From: an uncultured Robiginitomaculum sp.
Lineage (GTDB): Bacteria; Pseudomonadota; Alphaproteobacteria; Caulobacterales; Maricaulaceae
Assembly (NCBI GenBank): GCA_938010385.1
Contig: CALLVD010000014.1
Location: forward strand, 18,987-82,986
Length of the DNA stretch: 64,000 bases
Direction of reading: 5' to 3'
Part shown: positions 19,986-28,837 of the stretch, in pieces
Position numbering within the stretch: position 1 is the first letter of the stretch
Layout of the letters: every line of letters begins with the position of its first letter
Notes under the pieces: generated by a model
The model's database searches: none
Seen by the model: the letters and a program-made list of their open reading frames with translations, nothing else
Told to the model about the DNA's origin: nothing
Translations under genes and position numbers: made by a program

Positions 19986-21221
19986 ATGCGCCGTTTTTTA
20001 GTTTTATCGACATCCCTGCTGACCCTGACCGCCTGCACCGGAGAGCCGCGTGATTTCAGCGGGCCGCAGGCCCCGGCCGGTGACACGGTGCATGAGCGGG
20101 TTTTGACACTGGATACCCATATCGACATTCCGCTCGATTATATGGAGGCGATTAATCCGAAATTTGAAACCGCGTTGCAGGTCGATATTCCGAAACTGCG
20201 CGCCGGATATCTCGACAGCGGATTTTGGATTATCTATACGCCGCAGGGCGAGTTGACGCCGGAAGGGTATGCAGCGGGGCTCAAGATTGCCGAGACGCGC
20301 TACCGCGCAATTTTGAATCTGGCGACGGGACTTCCCGAAGATATTGAATTGGCGACAACGGCGTCGGATGTGCGCAAGATTGTCAAATCCGGGCGGCTGG
20401 CCGTTTTAATGGGAATGGAAAACGCCTATCCGCTGGGCGAAGATGTTCGCAATGTGCCGATTTGGGCGCGCCGCGGCGTGCGCTATATGGGCATCACCCA
20501 TTTCGGGCACAATCAGTTTGGTGACAGCTCTAATCCCAATGAAGCGCGCGATGACGGGCCGCGCCACAATGGCCTGTCTGTTTTGGGCAAGCGCCTGATT
20601 AACGCGCTGAATGAGCACGGCGTCATGGTCGATGTTTCCCACGCCGGCAAAAAGACGATGATGCAGGCTGCAGATTTATCGGCAACGCCGATTATCGCCT
20701 CCCACAGCGGCGCGAAGGCGGTCGCCGACAGTCCGCGCAATCTGGATGATGAGCAGCTTTTAAAAATTAAAGCGGTCGGCGGCGTTGCGCAAATGGTGGC
20801 GCTCGGCGTTTACGTTAAACCGCTTAACGCAAAGCAAGAGCGCTATCGCGAAGAGCTGCGCGCGGAAATGGGGCTGAATACGTCAGAGGCGCGCGGCGCG
20901 GCGAGCGATGCTGTCATGGCTGAATATGAGCGCCGGCTCGAAGGCCTGTGGGACATAGAGCCGGAGGCCACGGTCGCCGACTTTGTTGACCATATTGACC
21001 ACGCCGTGAAAATCGCGGGCATAGACCATGTCGGTATCGCCTCAGATTTTGACGGCGGCGGCGGCATTGCCGGCTGGCAAGATGCAAGCGAGACAGCCAA
21101 TGTCACAGCCGAGCTTATTGCGCGCGGCTATTCCGAAGAGGATATCGCGAAAATTTGGAGCGGCAACACGCTGCGCGTTTTGCAGGCGGCAGAGGATTAT
21201 GCCAAATCCAAACGCAAATAA
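19986..21221 (+). CDS. Membrane dipeptidase (peptidase M19), lipoprotein
   Basis: LTAC lipobox; DTHID, GMEN, VDVSH, ASHS, RNLDD and SDFDG motifs. Confidence 0.93.
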   Translation: MRRFLVLSTSLLTLTACTGEPRDFSGPQAPAGDTVHERVLTLDTHIDIPLDYMEAINPKFETALQVDIPKLRAGYLDSGFWIIYTPQGELTPEGYAAGLKIAETRYRAILNLATGLPEDIELATTASDVRKIVKSGRLAVLMGMENAYPLGEDVRNVPIWARRGVRYMGITHFGHNQFGDSSNPNEARDDGPRHNGLSVLGKRLINALNEHGVMVDVSHAGKKTMMQAADLSATPIIASHSGAKAVADSPRNLDDEQLLKIKAVGGVAQMVALGVYVKPLNAKQERYREELRAEMGLNTSEARGAASDAVMAEYERRLEGLWDIEPEATVADFVDHIDHAVKIAGIDHVGIASDFDGGGGIAGWQDASETANVTAELIARGYSEEDIAKIWSGNTLRVLQAAEDYAKSKRK

Positions 21222-21833
21222 TTATTCCAGATTGGCTTCTTTAATCGCCTGTCCCGGCTCAATCGGGAAGAAGGTGTAAGACAGGGTCACGGTCTTAATC
21301 TCGTCCATTCGCTCATCTTCGAGCAGCAGTGGATCGAGGAAGAAAACGACCGGATAGGTAGCGCTTTCGTCGGGCGCTAGGGTCTGCTCTGTGAAGCAGA
21401 AACACTCCATTTTAGAAAAATACGGCGCGGCCTTTATCGGTGAGACATTGTAATTGGACGTGGCGACAACGGTTTTATCAGAGCGATTTGTCGCCGTATA
21501 AAATGCCAGATTGCTTGCCCCGACATTGACGTCCATATACGGCTTTTCCGGCGCAAAATCCCATTGCAGGCCTTTGGAGGTATTGCTGTCAAACTGAACG
21601 CGGATGATGCGGTCGGACACTTCATAGGGGTTCTCATTGGCGACGCGGGTCGTGCCGCCATAGCCGGTAATTCTGCAAAACGTATCATAGAGCGGTTTGG
21701 ACGCAAATCCCAAGCCGAGCATAGCGACCGCTGTAACAGTCAGAACGCCCAGAGTTTTGCGATTGGTCGCAGATTTACTCTGCGCAGCCAAAGCTTCGCT
21801 GACCTCGACATTGATTTTTTCAGGGTCGGTCAT
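21222..21833 (-). CDS. ctaG: Cytochrome c oxidase assembly copper chaperone CtaG/Cox11
   Basis: PLYDTFCRITGYGGT and CFCF motifs. Confidence 0.97.
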   Translation of the reverse strand: MTDPEKINVEVSEALAAQSKSATNRKTLGVLTVTAVAMLGLGFASKPLYDTFCRITGYGGTTRVANENPYEVSDRIIRVQFDSNTSKGLQWDFAPEKPYMDVNVGASNLAFYTATNRSDKTVVATSNYNVSPIKAAPYFSKMECFCFTEQTLAPDESATYPVVFFLDPLLLEDERMDEIKTVTLSYTFFPIEPGQAIKEANLE

Positions 21834-22006
21834 GACGGGAACTGCCCGCCCATGGATTTAATCTTCACGACCATCAGGGCAAAAACCAAAATACAAAACG
21901 CCGCCAGCAATCCGCCGATTGCGTAATTACGCCGCTTGCGCGCGGTGAGTTGCTGCTGCGTCGGCTCAACATAGCCGTCGAGCTTGGATTCGTGCGGGTT
22001 ATTCAT
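21830..22006 (-). CDS. Small 58-aa single-TM protein of the cox operon (CoxF-like position); absent from the ORF track
   Basis: Translated by hand: MNNPHESKLDGYVEPTQQQLTARKRRNYAIGGLLAAFCILVFALMVVKIKSMGGQFPS; AGGAG RBS; ATGA overlap with ctaG. Confidence 0.85.
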   Translation of the reverse strand: MNNPHESKLDGYVEPTQQQLTARKRRNYAIGGLLAAFCILVFALMVVKIKSMGGQFPS

Positions 22007-22019
22007 AACGGCTCCTGAC

Positions 22020-23000
22020 TTAAGAAAAGCTGCGAATTAAACTCTCCGCGCTGAGCGCCCCGAACATTGCGAACAGATAAATGATCGAAAATGCAAACAG
22101 GTTACGCGCGGCGCGGTCCCCCTTTGTAACATCATAAAGCCCGGCTTCATCTGCGGCATCGGCGCGCTCTCCTGCGCGAGATTGCCACACTTTATAGGCC
22201 AAAGCGATAAAGCCGAGGTTTAAAACAAGGGCGACCAGCATATAGATAGGTCCGCCCAGCCCGGTGACAATCGGCCCTATGCAGGTCACGGCAAGGATAA
22301 GGGCATAGACAAAAATCTGCAGGCGCGTCGATTTTGCGCCTTTTACATTGGGCATCATCGGAATGCCGGCCTTGTGATAATCGCCGGTTTTATACAGCGC
22401 CAGCGCCCAGAAATGCGGCGGCGTCCACATGAATATAATCAGAAATAAAAGCGTGCTGTCGATTGTAATATCGCCGCTCGCCGCTGCCCATCCGACCATA
22501 GGCGGGAACGCTCCGGCCGCGCCGCCTATGACGATATTTTGCGGCGTGCTGCGTTTCAGCCACATGGTGTAAATCACGGCGTAAAAAAATATCGTAAAGG
22601 CCAAGAGCCCGGCTGCCACATAATTTGACGCAATCGCCAGGCCCAGCACAGACAGGGCGGACAGAATAATCCCAAAACCCAGCGCGCTGCTGCGGTCCAT
22701 TTTACCGGCCGGCAAAGGGCGGGTCTTTGTGCGCGACATCAAAGCGTCTGTGTCGGCTTCGTACCACATATTGAGCGCCGCCGATGCGCCTGCGCCGACC
22801 GCAATGCAAAGAATAGAGGCTGCGGCCAAAAACAAATTCATCTGCCCCGGCGCGCAGACCAATCCGGCCCAGGCGGTAAAGACAACCAAGGTCATGACGC
22901 GGGGCTTCATCAGCGCGTAAAAATCACGCGGCTCGGCGACTGAGAGGCCCGCCTCGCCGTGGGGGGGATTATACGCCTGTGCTGTTGATGGGTCCGTCAT
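22020..23000 (-). CDS. ctaB: Protoheme IX farnesyltransferase (heme O synthase)
   Basis: LMKPRVM, MSRTKTRPLP, LKRSTPQNIVIGG and WTPPHFWAL motifs. Confidence 0.97.
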   Translation of the reverse strand: MTDPSTAQAYNPPHGEAGLSVAEPRDFYALMKPRVMTLVVFTAWAGLVCAPGQMNLFLAAASILCIAVGAGASAALNMWYEADTDALMSRTKTRPLPAGKMDRSSALGFGIILSALSVLGLAIASNYVAAGLLAFTIFFYAVIYTMWLKRSTPQNIVIGGAAGAFPPMVGWAAASGDITIDSTLLFLIIFMWTPPHFWALALYKTGDYHKAGIPMMPNVKGAKSTRLQIFVYALILAVTCIGPIVTGLGGPIYMLVALVLNLGFIALAYKVWQSRAGERADAADEAGLYDVTKGDRAARNLFAFSIIYLFAMFGALSAESLIRSFS

Positions 23001-23074
23001 AAAGGTCGCCTTTGATTGTTCGCGTCTTATACAGATACGTACATCAAAAGCCAAAGGCCCAAATGCCGCGCATA

Positions 23075-23761
23075 TTAATCGAACGTGCGGGCGATGGGCG
23101 TGTCTGATTTATCGGGCAGGGGCCGCTTTCGGATAATCGCCTCAATGATAAGGGCCGCAAATAGTGCCAGAGACAGAAGGATAATCACGGCGCCCGTTAC
23201 AGATATGGCATTCGCCCAATTAAACGTGTCCTTATAATCAACGTATCGGCGCGGCATACCGCGAAACGCTATAAAGAATTGCGGCAGAAGGAGTGCATTG
23301 AAACCGATAAAAGTCAGCCAAAAATGGACGCGGGCCAAGCGCAGGCTGTAAGGGCGGCGCAGCCCGGTTTTCAGCAAGATCAAAACGAGCGGGAAGACGG
23401 CGAAGAAAGCGATGACGGTCGCCGCATAGCGGTAATGGGCCTTTAGGAAATAGGTATCAGCCGCTCCGAACACACCCGTTTGCGATTTTAAAGACGCGCC
23501 CGTTATCACCGCCGCCGCGGTAAGGAACGCCGCGCCGAGTGCCCAATGCGCCATAATTCCGCGTGGCCGCCCGAATTTTTTGACGCCGAGGTAATACAGC
23601 GGCCCAAAAATAATAACGGCGAGTGGGATGAAAATTTCAGGATGGCCGATGAACCAAATAAAATGCTGCAACTCGCCGGGCGGCGGATTCTCGCAAGCGG
23701 CCAACAAAAAAGCCGGCGCTGTAATTGCGCCGGCTTTTCTGATTTTCAAATTAACTGCCAT
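23075..23761 (-). CDS. Truncated, internally deleted paralogue of cytochrome c oxidase subunit I
   Basis: QHFIWFIGHPEIF, DTYFLKAHYRY, HFWLTFIG and GMPRRYVDY align with the adjacent CtaD; 228 aa; start codon has a weak RBS. Confidence 0.8.
   Translation of the reverse strand: MAVNLKIRKAGAITAPAFLLAACENPPPGELQHFIWFIGHPEIFIPLAVIIFGPLYYLGVKKFGRPRGIMAHWALGAAFLTAAAVITGASLKSQTGVFGAADTYFLKAHYRYAATVIAFFAVFPLVLILLKTGLRRPYSLRLARVHFWLTFIGFNALLLPQFFIAFRGMPRRYVDYKDTFNWANAISVTGAVIILLSLALFAALIIEAIIRKRPLPDKSDTPIARTFD
23706..23738 (-). terminator. Intrinsic terminator downstream of ctaD, inside the 5' end of the paralogue ORF
   Basis: Minus strand AAAAGCCGGCGC-AATTACA-GCGCCGGC-TTTTTT. Confidence 0.7.
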
Positions 23762-23786
23762 TTCAGGTCAGTTCCGGCAGCGCGCC

Positions 23787-25394
23787 TTACTTCACGCGCG
23801 GCAGTGTGTTGAACTGATGGTAAGGCGGCGGAGAGGACAGAGTCCATTCCAGCGTCGTTGCGCCTTCGCCCCAGTAATTATCAGCGGCCGGACGGCGCAC
23901 GATGAAGGCTTCGGCGAGCATGACGAAGAAAGCGATAACGCCGGCCAATGTAATGAACGCACCGTAAGTCGAAATCTCGTTATAGGTCGCGAACTCAACA
24001 GGATAGTCGATATAGCGGCGCGGCATGCCCTGCATTCCGAGGAAATGCTGCGGGAAGAAAACCACGTTCACGCCGATAAAGAACGTCCAGAAGTGAATCT
24101 GTGCCAGCAGTTTGTTATACATAACGCCGAAGATTTTACCGAACCAGTAGTAGAAGCCGCAGAACAGGCCGAAGACCGCGCCGAGCGACAGAACATAATG
24201 GAAGTGAGCCACGACATAATAAGTATCGTGCAAGGCCACATCAATCGCCGGCATGGACAGGACAACGCCTGTAACGCCGCCGACGACGAACAGGAAGATA
24301 AAGGCAATCGCCCACATCATCGGGATGGTAAACTTGATAGAGCCGCCCCACATTGTCGCCAGCCATGAGAAGATTTTAATGCCGGTCGGCACCGCAATCA
24401 CCAATGTGGCAACCATGAAGTAAAGCTTCAAATCAACGTCCATGCCCACTGTGTACATGTGGTGAGCCCAAACAACGAAGCCGACAACGCCAATCGCGAC
24501 CATGGCGTAGGCCATGCCGAGATAGCCGAAGATCGGCTTTTTGGAGAAGGTCGAAACGACGTGGGAGACAATACCGAAAGCCGGCAGAATCATGATGTAG
24601 ACTTCCGGGTGACCGAAGAACCAGAACAAATGCTGGAACATTTCAGGGTCACCGCCCATGGCCGGGTTAAAGAAGCCTGTGCCGGCATTACGGTCAAAGA
24701 ACAGCATGAACAAAGCCGCCGCCAAAACCGGCAGAGCCAGAAGCAGCAGGAAGGCTGTCACAAGAATAGACCAGGCAAACAAAGGCATTTTGTGCATGGT
24801 CATGCCCGGTGCGCGCATGTTCAAAATTGTCGTGATGAAGTTAATGGCACCGAAAATAGACGCAAAACCGGCCGCCAGAAGACCCATAATAATCAGGTCA
24901 AAGGCCGGGCCTTCATGCCCGGAGGTCGAGAGCGGCGGGTACATCACCCAGCCCCCGCCAAATCCGTCACCGCCGGAAGAGCCTTGGACAAAGAAGCTGG
25001 AGACCAGCAGAACAAAGGCAACCGGCAGAAGCCAGAAGGACAGATTATTCAGGCGCGGGAAGGCCATATCCGGCGCGCCGATCATCAGCGGCCCAAACCA
25101 GTTCCCGAAGCCCCCGATAAGGGCGGGCATGACCATAAAGAAAATCATGATCAGGCCGTGCATGGATGTGAACACAAGATAGGTGTGCTCTGATGCAAAG
25201 ATTTGAATGCCGGGCTCTTTCAGCTCGAGGCGCATCATGAACGACAAAAAGCCGCCCAAAAGGCCCGAAGCCATACCGAACCAAAGATACAGCGTACCGA
25301 TATCTTTGTGGTTGGTGGAGAGGAACCAGCGCTTGAAAAAGCTTGGCTTGTCGCTGTGCGCGTGTGCGTCGCTGTGACCGTCAATCGCTACCAT
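23787..25394 (-). CDS. ctaD: Cytochrome c oxidase (aa3, type A1) subunit I
   Basis: [26 protein letters not shown] and GMPRRY; all ligands intact. Confidence 0.99.
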   Translation of the reverse strand: MVAIDGHSDAHAHSDKPSFFKRWFLSTNHKDIGTLYLWFGMASGLLGGFLSFMMRLELKEPGIQIFASEHTYLVFTSMHGLIMIFFMVMPALIGGFGNWFGPLMIGAPDMAFPRLNNLSFWLLPVAFVLLVSSFFVQGSSGGDGFGGGWVMYPPLSTSGHEGPAFDLIIMGLLAAGFASIFGAINFITTILNMRAPGMTMHKMPLFAWSILVTAFLLLLALPVLAAALFMLFFDRNAGTGFFNPAMGGDPEMFQHLFWFFGHPEVYIMILPAFGIVSHVVSTFSKKPIFGYLGMAYAMVAIGVVGFVVWAHHMYTVGMDVDLKLYFMVATLVIAVPTGIKIFSWLATMWGGSIKFTIPMMWAIAFIFLFVVGGVTGVVLSMPAIDVALHDTYYVVAHFHYVLSLGAVFGLFCGFYYWFGKIFGVMYNKLLAQIHFWTFFIGVNVVFFPQHFLGMQGMPRRYIDYPVEFATYNEISTYGAFITLAGVIAFFVMLAEAFIVRRPAADNYWGEGATTLEWTLSSPPPYHQFNTLPRVK

Positions 25395-25397
25395 GAT

Positions 25398-26240
25398 CTA
25401 TTCTCCGGTATTCGTGTTGCGGGCTTCTGTGGTGATGCCCTCATTTTTTACATATTCAGGGTTCTTCTCCAGAACCCAAGCGTCAAACTCTGCCTGCGGC
25501 AGGACGCGAACCTCAATCGGCATGTTGTAGTGAAGCTGGCCGCACACTTCGGAGCACTGTCCGTAATATGTGCCGGGCTCGCGCACTTCAAACCATGTCT
25601 CGTTCAGGCGGCCGGGGACCGCGTCAATTTTCACGCCGAATGCAGGAACGGCAAAAGCGTGAAGCACGTCAGACGCGGTGACAATAACGCGGATTTTTTG
25701 GCCGACCGGAACAACCATCGGCTCTGTGACGGCGAGGCGGCCGGGAACATTTTTCTCTGCCGCTTCTTCAATCGTCAAAGGCGCGGAGTTAAATTCAAAC
25801 CCGCCATGGTCAGGGTAAACATAATCCCAGTTCCACTGATTGCCGATAGCCTTAACGGTCATGGCATCTTCAGGGATGGTGTCGAGATAGTAGAGCGGGC
25901 GGGTTGCTACGGCAATCAGGAACAAGACAATCATCACCGGCGCAGCCGTCCAAACGACCTCAAGAAGGGTGTTATGACTTGTTTTTGACGGAACCGGATT
26001 GGCTTTTTCGTTAAAGCGCAGCATAATGAAAATCATCAGGCCCAGCACCAAAACAACAATGGCCGTGATGATGACAAAAGCAATCGTGTGCAGCTTTTCC
26101 ACCATGTCCATGTTAGGCGTTACAGATTCCTGAAAGCCGATTGACCCGTCCGTCGGCACGCCGGCCGCATGAGCCGCGCCGGCGAGCGCAGCAGCCAAAG
26201 CGGCACTGCCCAGCCATCCTAAAATACGTGATTTGCGCAT
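25398..26240 (-). CDS. ctaC: Cytochrome c oxidase subunit II
   Basis: CuA motifs DVLH and CSEVCGQLHYNM; QWNWDY. Confidence 0.98.
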   Translation of the reverse strand: MRKSRILGWLGSAALAAALAGAAHAAGVPTDGSIGFQESVTPNMDMVEKLHTIAFVIITAIVVLVLGLMIFIMLRFNEKANPVPSKTSHNTLLEVVWTAAPVMIVLFLIAVATRPLYYLDTIPEDAMTVKAIGNQWNWDYVYPDHGGFEFNSAPLTIEEAAEKNVPGRLAVTEPMVVPVGQKIRVIVTASDVLHAFAVPAFGVKIDAVPGRLNETWFEVREPGTYYGQCSEVCGQLHYNMPIEVRVLPQAEFDAWVLEKNPEYVKNEGITTEARNTNTGE

Positions 26241-26394
26241 GTGTTCCTCGCAATTAAAAAGAAAGCAGACGCGAGTCTGCCGATATGGCTTACAATATAC
26301 GGGAGCGCGCCCTATATAGCACTGTAAATTCCCGCGCGGATTGTCGCATTAAAATTACTGTCCGTCCGGCCCCAAACAGCGCAGAAAGTCCTTC

Positions 26395-27813
26395 ATGAGC
26401 GATTATATTTTTGATGATGCCGATTTAACGGCCGAGCAGGCGCAAGGCGTTTTGGATGATTTGCTGAAAAGCGCCGATGACGGCGAGCTTTATTTAGAAC
26501 GCGGCAGCTCAGAAGCGCTGACCTTTGATGACGGCCGCCTAAAAACAGCCAGCTTTGACAGCTCGCGCGGCTTCGGCCTGCGCTGCGTGGCGGGCGAGAC
26601 GACAGGATTTGCGCAAAGCACGGATATGTCTCTTGGCGCGCTGACCCGCGCGGCCGCTGCGGCGGGCATTGCGAAATCCGGCTATAACGGCGTCGCTGCG
26701 CCCGGTCCGGCACGCACAAATGCGGCGCTTTACCCGGATGTTGATGTGGTCGCCCATCCCGAGTTCGGGGTCAAAGTCGAGCTTTTACAGGAGATTGATG
26801 CCTATTGCCGGGCCGGCGATCCGTCTGTTGTGCAGGTGTCTGTGACCCTGTCCGGCACACGCCGCGCCGTCAGCATTATGCGCGCCGGCGGAGAGCGTTA
26901 CGACGATATTCGCCCGCTCGTGCGCCTGAATGTGTCGGTCACGGCAGAGCGCGGCGGCCACCGCGAAACCGGATTTGCCGGCGCCGGCGGGCGCGCAGCC
27001 TATGATGAATTTGTTGATCCGGCGGCGTGGAAGGACCTGGCCGATAAGGCGCTGCGCCGCGCAAAAACCAATCTGGACGCCATACCGGCCCCGGCCGGGC
27101 AGATGGATGTTGTGTTGGGCCCCGGCTGGCCGGGCGTATTGCTGCATGAAGCCATCGGTCATGGTCTTGAGGGCGATTTTAACCGCAAAGGCACATCGGC
27201 TTTTGCCGGAAAATTGGGCGAGCGGGTTGCCGCGCCGGGCGTGACAATTATCGATGACGGCTCCCTTAAAGGCCGCCGCGGCAGCCTGACCATTGATGAT
27301 GAAGGCACGCCGACCAAGCCGACCGTCTTAATCGAAGACGGCATCTTAAAAGGCTATATGCAAGACCGCCTCAATGCGCGCCTTATGGGCGTGGACGTGA
27401 CCGGCAACGGACGACGCGAGAGCTATTCCCACGCGCCCATGCCGCGCATGACCAATACGTTCATGCTCGGCGGAGAGACGCCGGCAGAGCAGGTTGTGGC
27501 TGAGCTGAAAAACGGCATATATGCAACAAACTTCGGCGGCGGACAGGTGGATATTACCTCCGGTAAGTTCGTCTTCCAATGCACCGAAGCTTACCTGGTC
27601 GAAGACGGAAAAATTAAGGCGCCGGTCAAAGGCGCAACCCTTATCGGCGACGGTCCGACTGTGCTGACGCAAGTTAAAATGATCGGTGATGACATGGAAT
27701 TGGACCCCGGGATCGGCGTTTGCGGTAAGGCCGGGCAGGGCGTTCCGGTCGGCGTCGGGCAGCCGACCTTATATCTGGAAAACCTGACTGTCGGCGGCAG
27801 CGCTGTCGCATAA
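26395..27813 (+). CDS. tldD: Metalloprotease TldD
   Basis: LHEAIGHGLEGD, PMPRMTNT and CGKAGQ motifs. Confidence 0.97.
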   Translation: MSDYIFDDADLTAEQAQGVLDDLLKSADDGELYLERGSSEALTFDDGRLKTASFDSSRGFGLRCVAGETTGFAQSTDMSLGALTRAAAAAGIAKSGYNGVAAPGPARTNAALYPDVDVVAHPEFGVKVELLQEIDAYCRAGDPSVVQVSVTLSGTRRAVSIMRAGGERYDDIRPLVRLNVSVTAERGGHRETGFAGAGGRAAYDEFVDPAAWKDLADKALRRAKTNLDAIPAPAGQMDVVLGPGWPGVLLHEAIGHGLEGDFNRKGTSAFAGKLGERVAAPGVTIIDDGSLKGRRGSLTIDDEGTPTKPTVLIEDGILKGYMQDRLNARLMGVDVTGNGRRESYSHAPMPRMTNTFMLGGETPAEQVVAELKNGIYATNFGGGQVDITSGKFVFQCTEAYLVEDGKIKAPVKGATLIGDGPTVLTQVKMIGDDMELDPGIGVCGKAGQGVPVGVGQPTLYLENLTVGGSAVA

Positions 27814-27882
27814 TCAGGCCGCCGGCCAGATTTGCGCGCGTTTTGTATTGCCGGCCTGTCTGAAAAATGCTTTAAACATCAC

Positions 27883-28170
27883 ATGCTTAAGTCTGAACTC
27901 ATTGATCAACTGACAGAAGAAAACCCGCACCTCTCGCGTGCTGATGTTGAGCGCGTTGTGCTGACGGTTTTTGAAACTATCACGCAGACTTTGGAAAGCG
28001 GCGCCCGAGTCGAGCTTCGCGGGTTTGGCGCCTTTTCGCCGCGCTATCGCAAGCCGCGTGTCGGCCGTAATCCGCGCACGGGCGGATCCGTCTCTGTTCC
28101 GGAGAAGTGGATACCTTTTTTCCGTACAGGCAAAGAACTTAAGGCCCGTATCGACGCGACGCGCAAATAG
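27883..28170 (+). CDS. ihfB: Integration host factor beta subunit
   Basis: MLKSELI, RVELRGFGAF, GRNPRTG and PFFRTGKEL motifs. Confidence 0.95.
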   Translation: MLKSELIDQLTEENPHLSRADVERVVLTVFETITQTLESGARVELRGFGAFSPRYRKPRVGRNPRTGGSVSVPEKWIPFFRTGKELKARIDATRK

Positions 28171-28176
28171 GTTTAC

Positions 28177-28195
28177 TTAAGCCTTTTTTAACCAT
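28177..28195 (+). promoter_or_regulatory. CtrA box upstream of mscL
   Basis: TTAA-GCCTTTT-TTAACCAT: exact TTAA-N7-TTAA plus the extended half-site. Confidence 0.7.
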
Positions 28196-28264
28196 AAATT
28201 CCTTACTTGGGGCGCAGCGTGCTATAACAGCACGTGCATTATTATCCTTAGAGGGGAACACATT

Positions 28265-28678
28265 ATGGGAATGATCTCAGAATTTAAAGAATTTGCCATG
28301 AAGGGCAACATGATGGACATGGCCGTTGGCATCATCATGGGCGGCGCTTTCGGTACCGTCATCAAGTCATTAATCGAAGATGTTATTATGCCGGTTATCG
28401 GTCACTTCTCAGGCGGCTTGGACTTCAGCGCGAAGAAAATCGTCCTGACCGAAGCGGCTGTTGACGCCAATGGCGCCATCATCGAAGGCACAGGCTCTGC
28501 AATCAGCTATGGCTCATTCATCAATGCAATTATTGCTTTTGCAATTTTGGCATGGGTCTTGTTCATGATCATCAAAGGCATGAACAAAGCTAAGAAGGCC
28601 GAAGAAGAAGCGCCGGCAGAAGTTCCGGCGAACGAAGTTCTCCTCGCAGAAATTCGCGATTTGCTGGCTCGGAAATAG
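28265..28678 (+). CDS. mscL: Large-conductance mechanosensitive channel
   Basis: EFKEFAMKGNMMDMAVGIIMG and LLAEIRDLL motifs. Confidence 0.98.
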   Translation: MGMISEFKEFAMKGNMMDMAVGIIMGGAFGTVIKSLIEDVIMPVIGHFSGGLDFSAKKIVLTEAAVDANGAIIEGTGSAISYGSFINAIIAFAILAWVLFMIIKGMNKAKKAEEEAPAEVPANEVLLAEIRDLLARK

Positions 28679-28699
28679 TCGCAATCCAATTGACTTAGG

Positions 28700-28733
28700 A
28701 CCTGCATTCGCTCGCGCGGATGCAGGTTTTTTT
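28700..28733 (+). terminator. Intrinsic terminator after mscL
   Basis: ACCTGCAT...ATGCAGGT stem followed by a T run. Confidence 0.85.
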
Positions 28734-28837
28734 ATGCCTATAAATTCCGGTTTTCGCGTAAGACGTTAATTGAAATTAACCCTAAGCCGCTATAAGCACG
28801 GTAAAAGCGTTAATTAACCGATCAACAGGCGTGCCGC

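Noticed and set aside
23628-25988. Long plus-strand ORFs antisense to ctaD/ctaC (246, 244 and 261 aa), and similar shadow ORFs across the window
   Set aside because: Typical antisense open frames of GC-rich coding DNA, with no motifs or RBS.
26395-27813. tldD without tldE
   Set aside because: tldD divergent from coxB with tldE elsewhere is the normal arrangement in this group.
28766-28780. TTAA-N6-TTAAC before divL as a full CtrA box
   Set aside because: The spacer is 6, not 7; counted only as half-sites.
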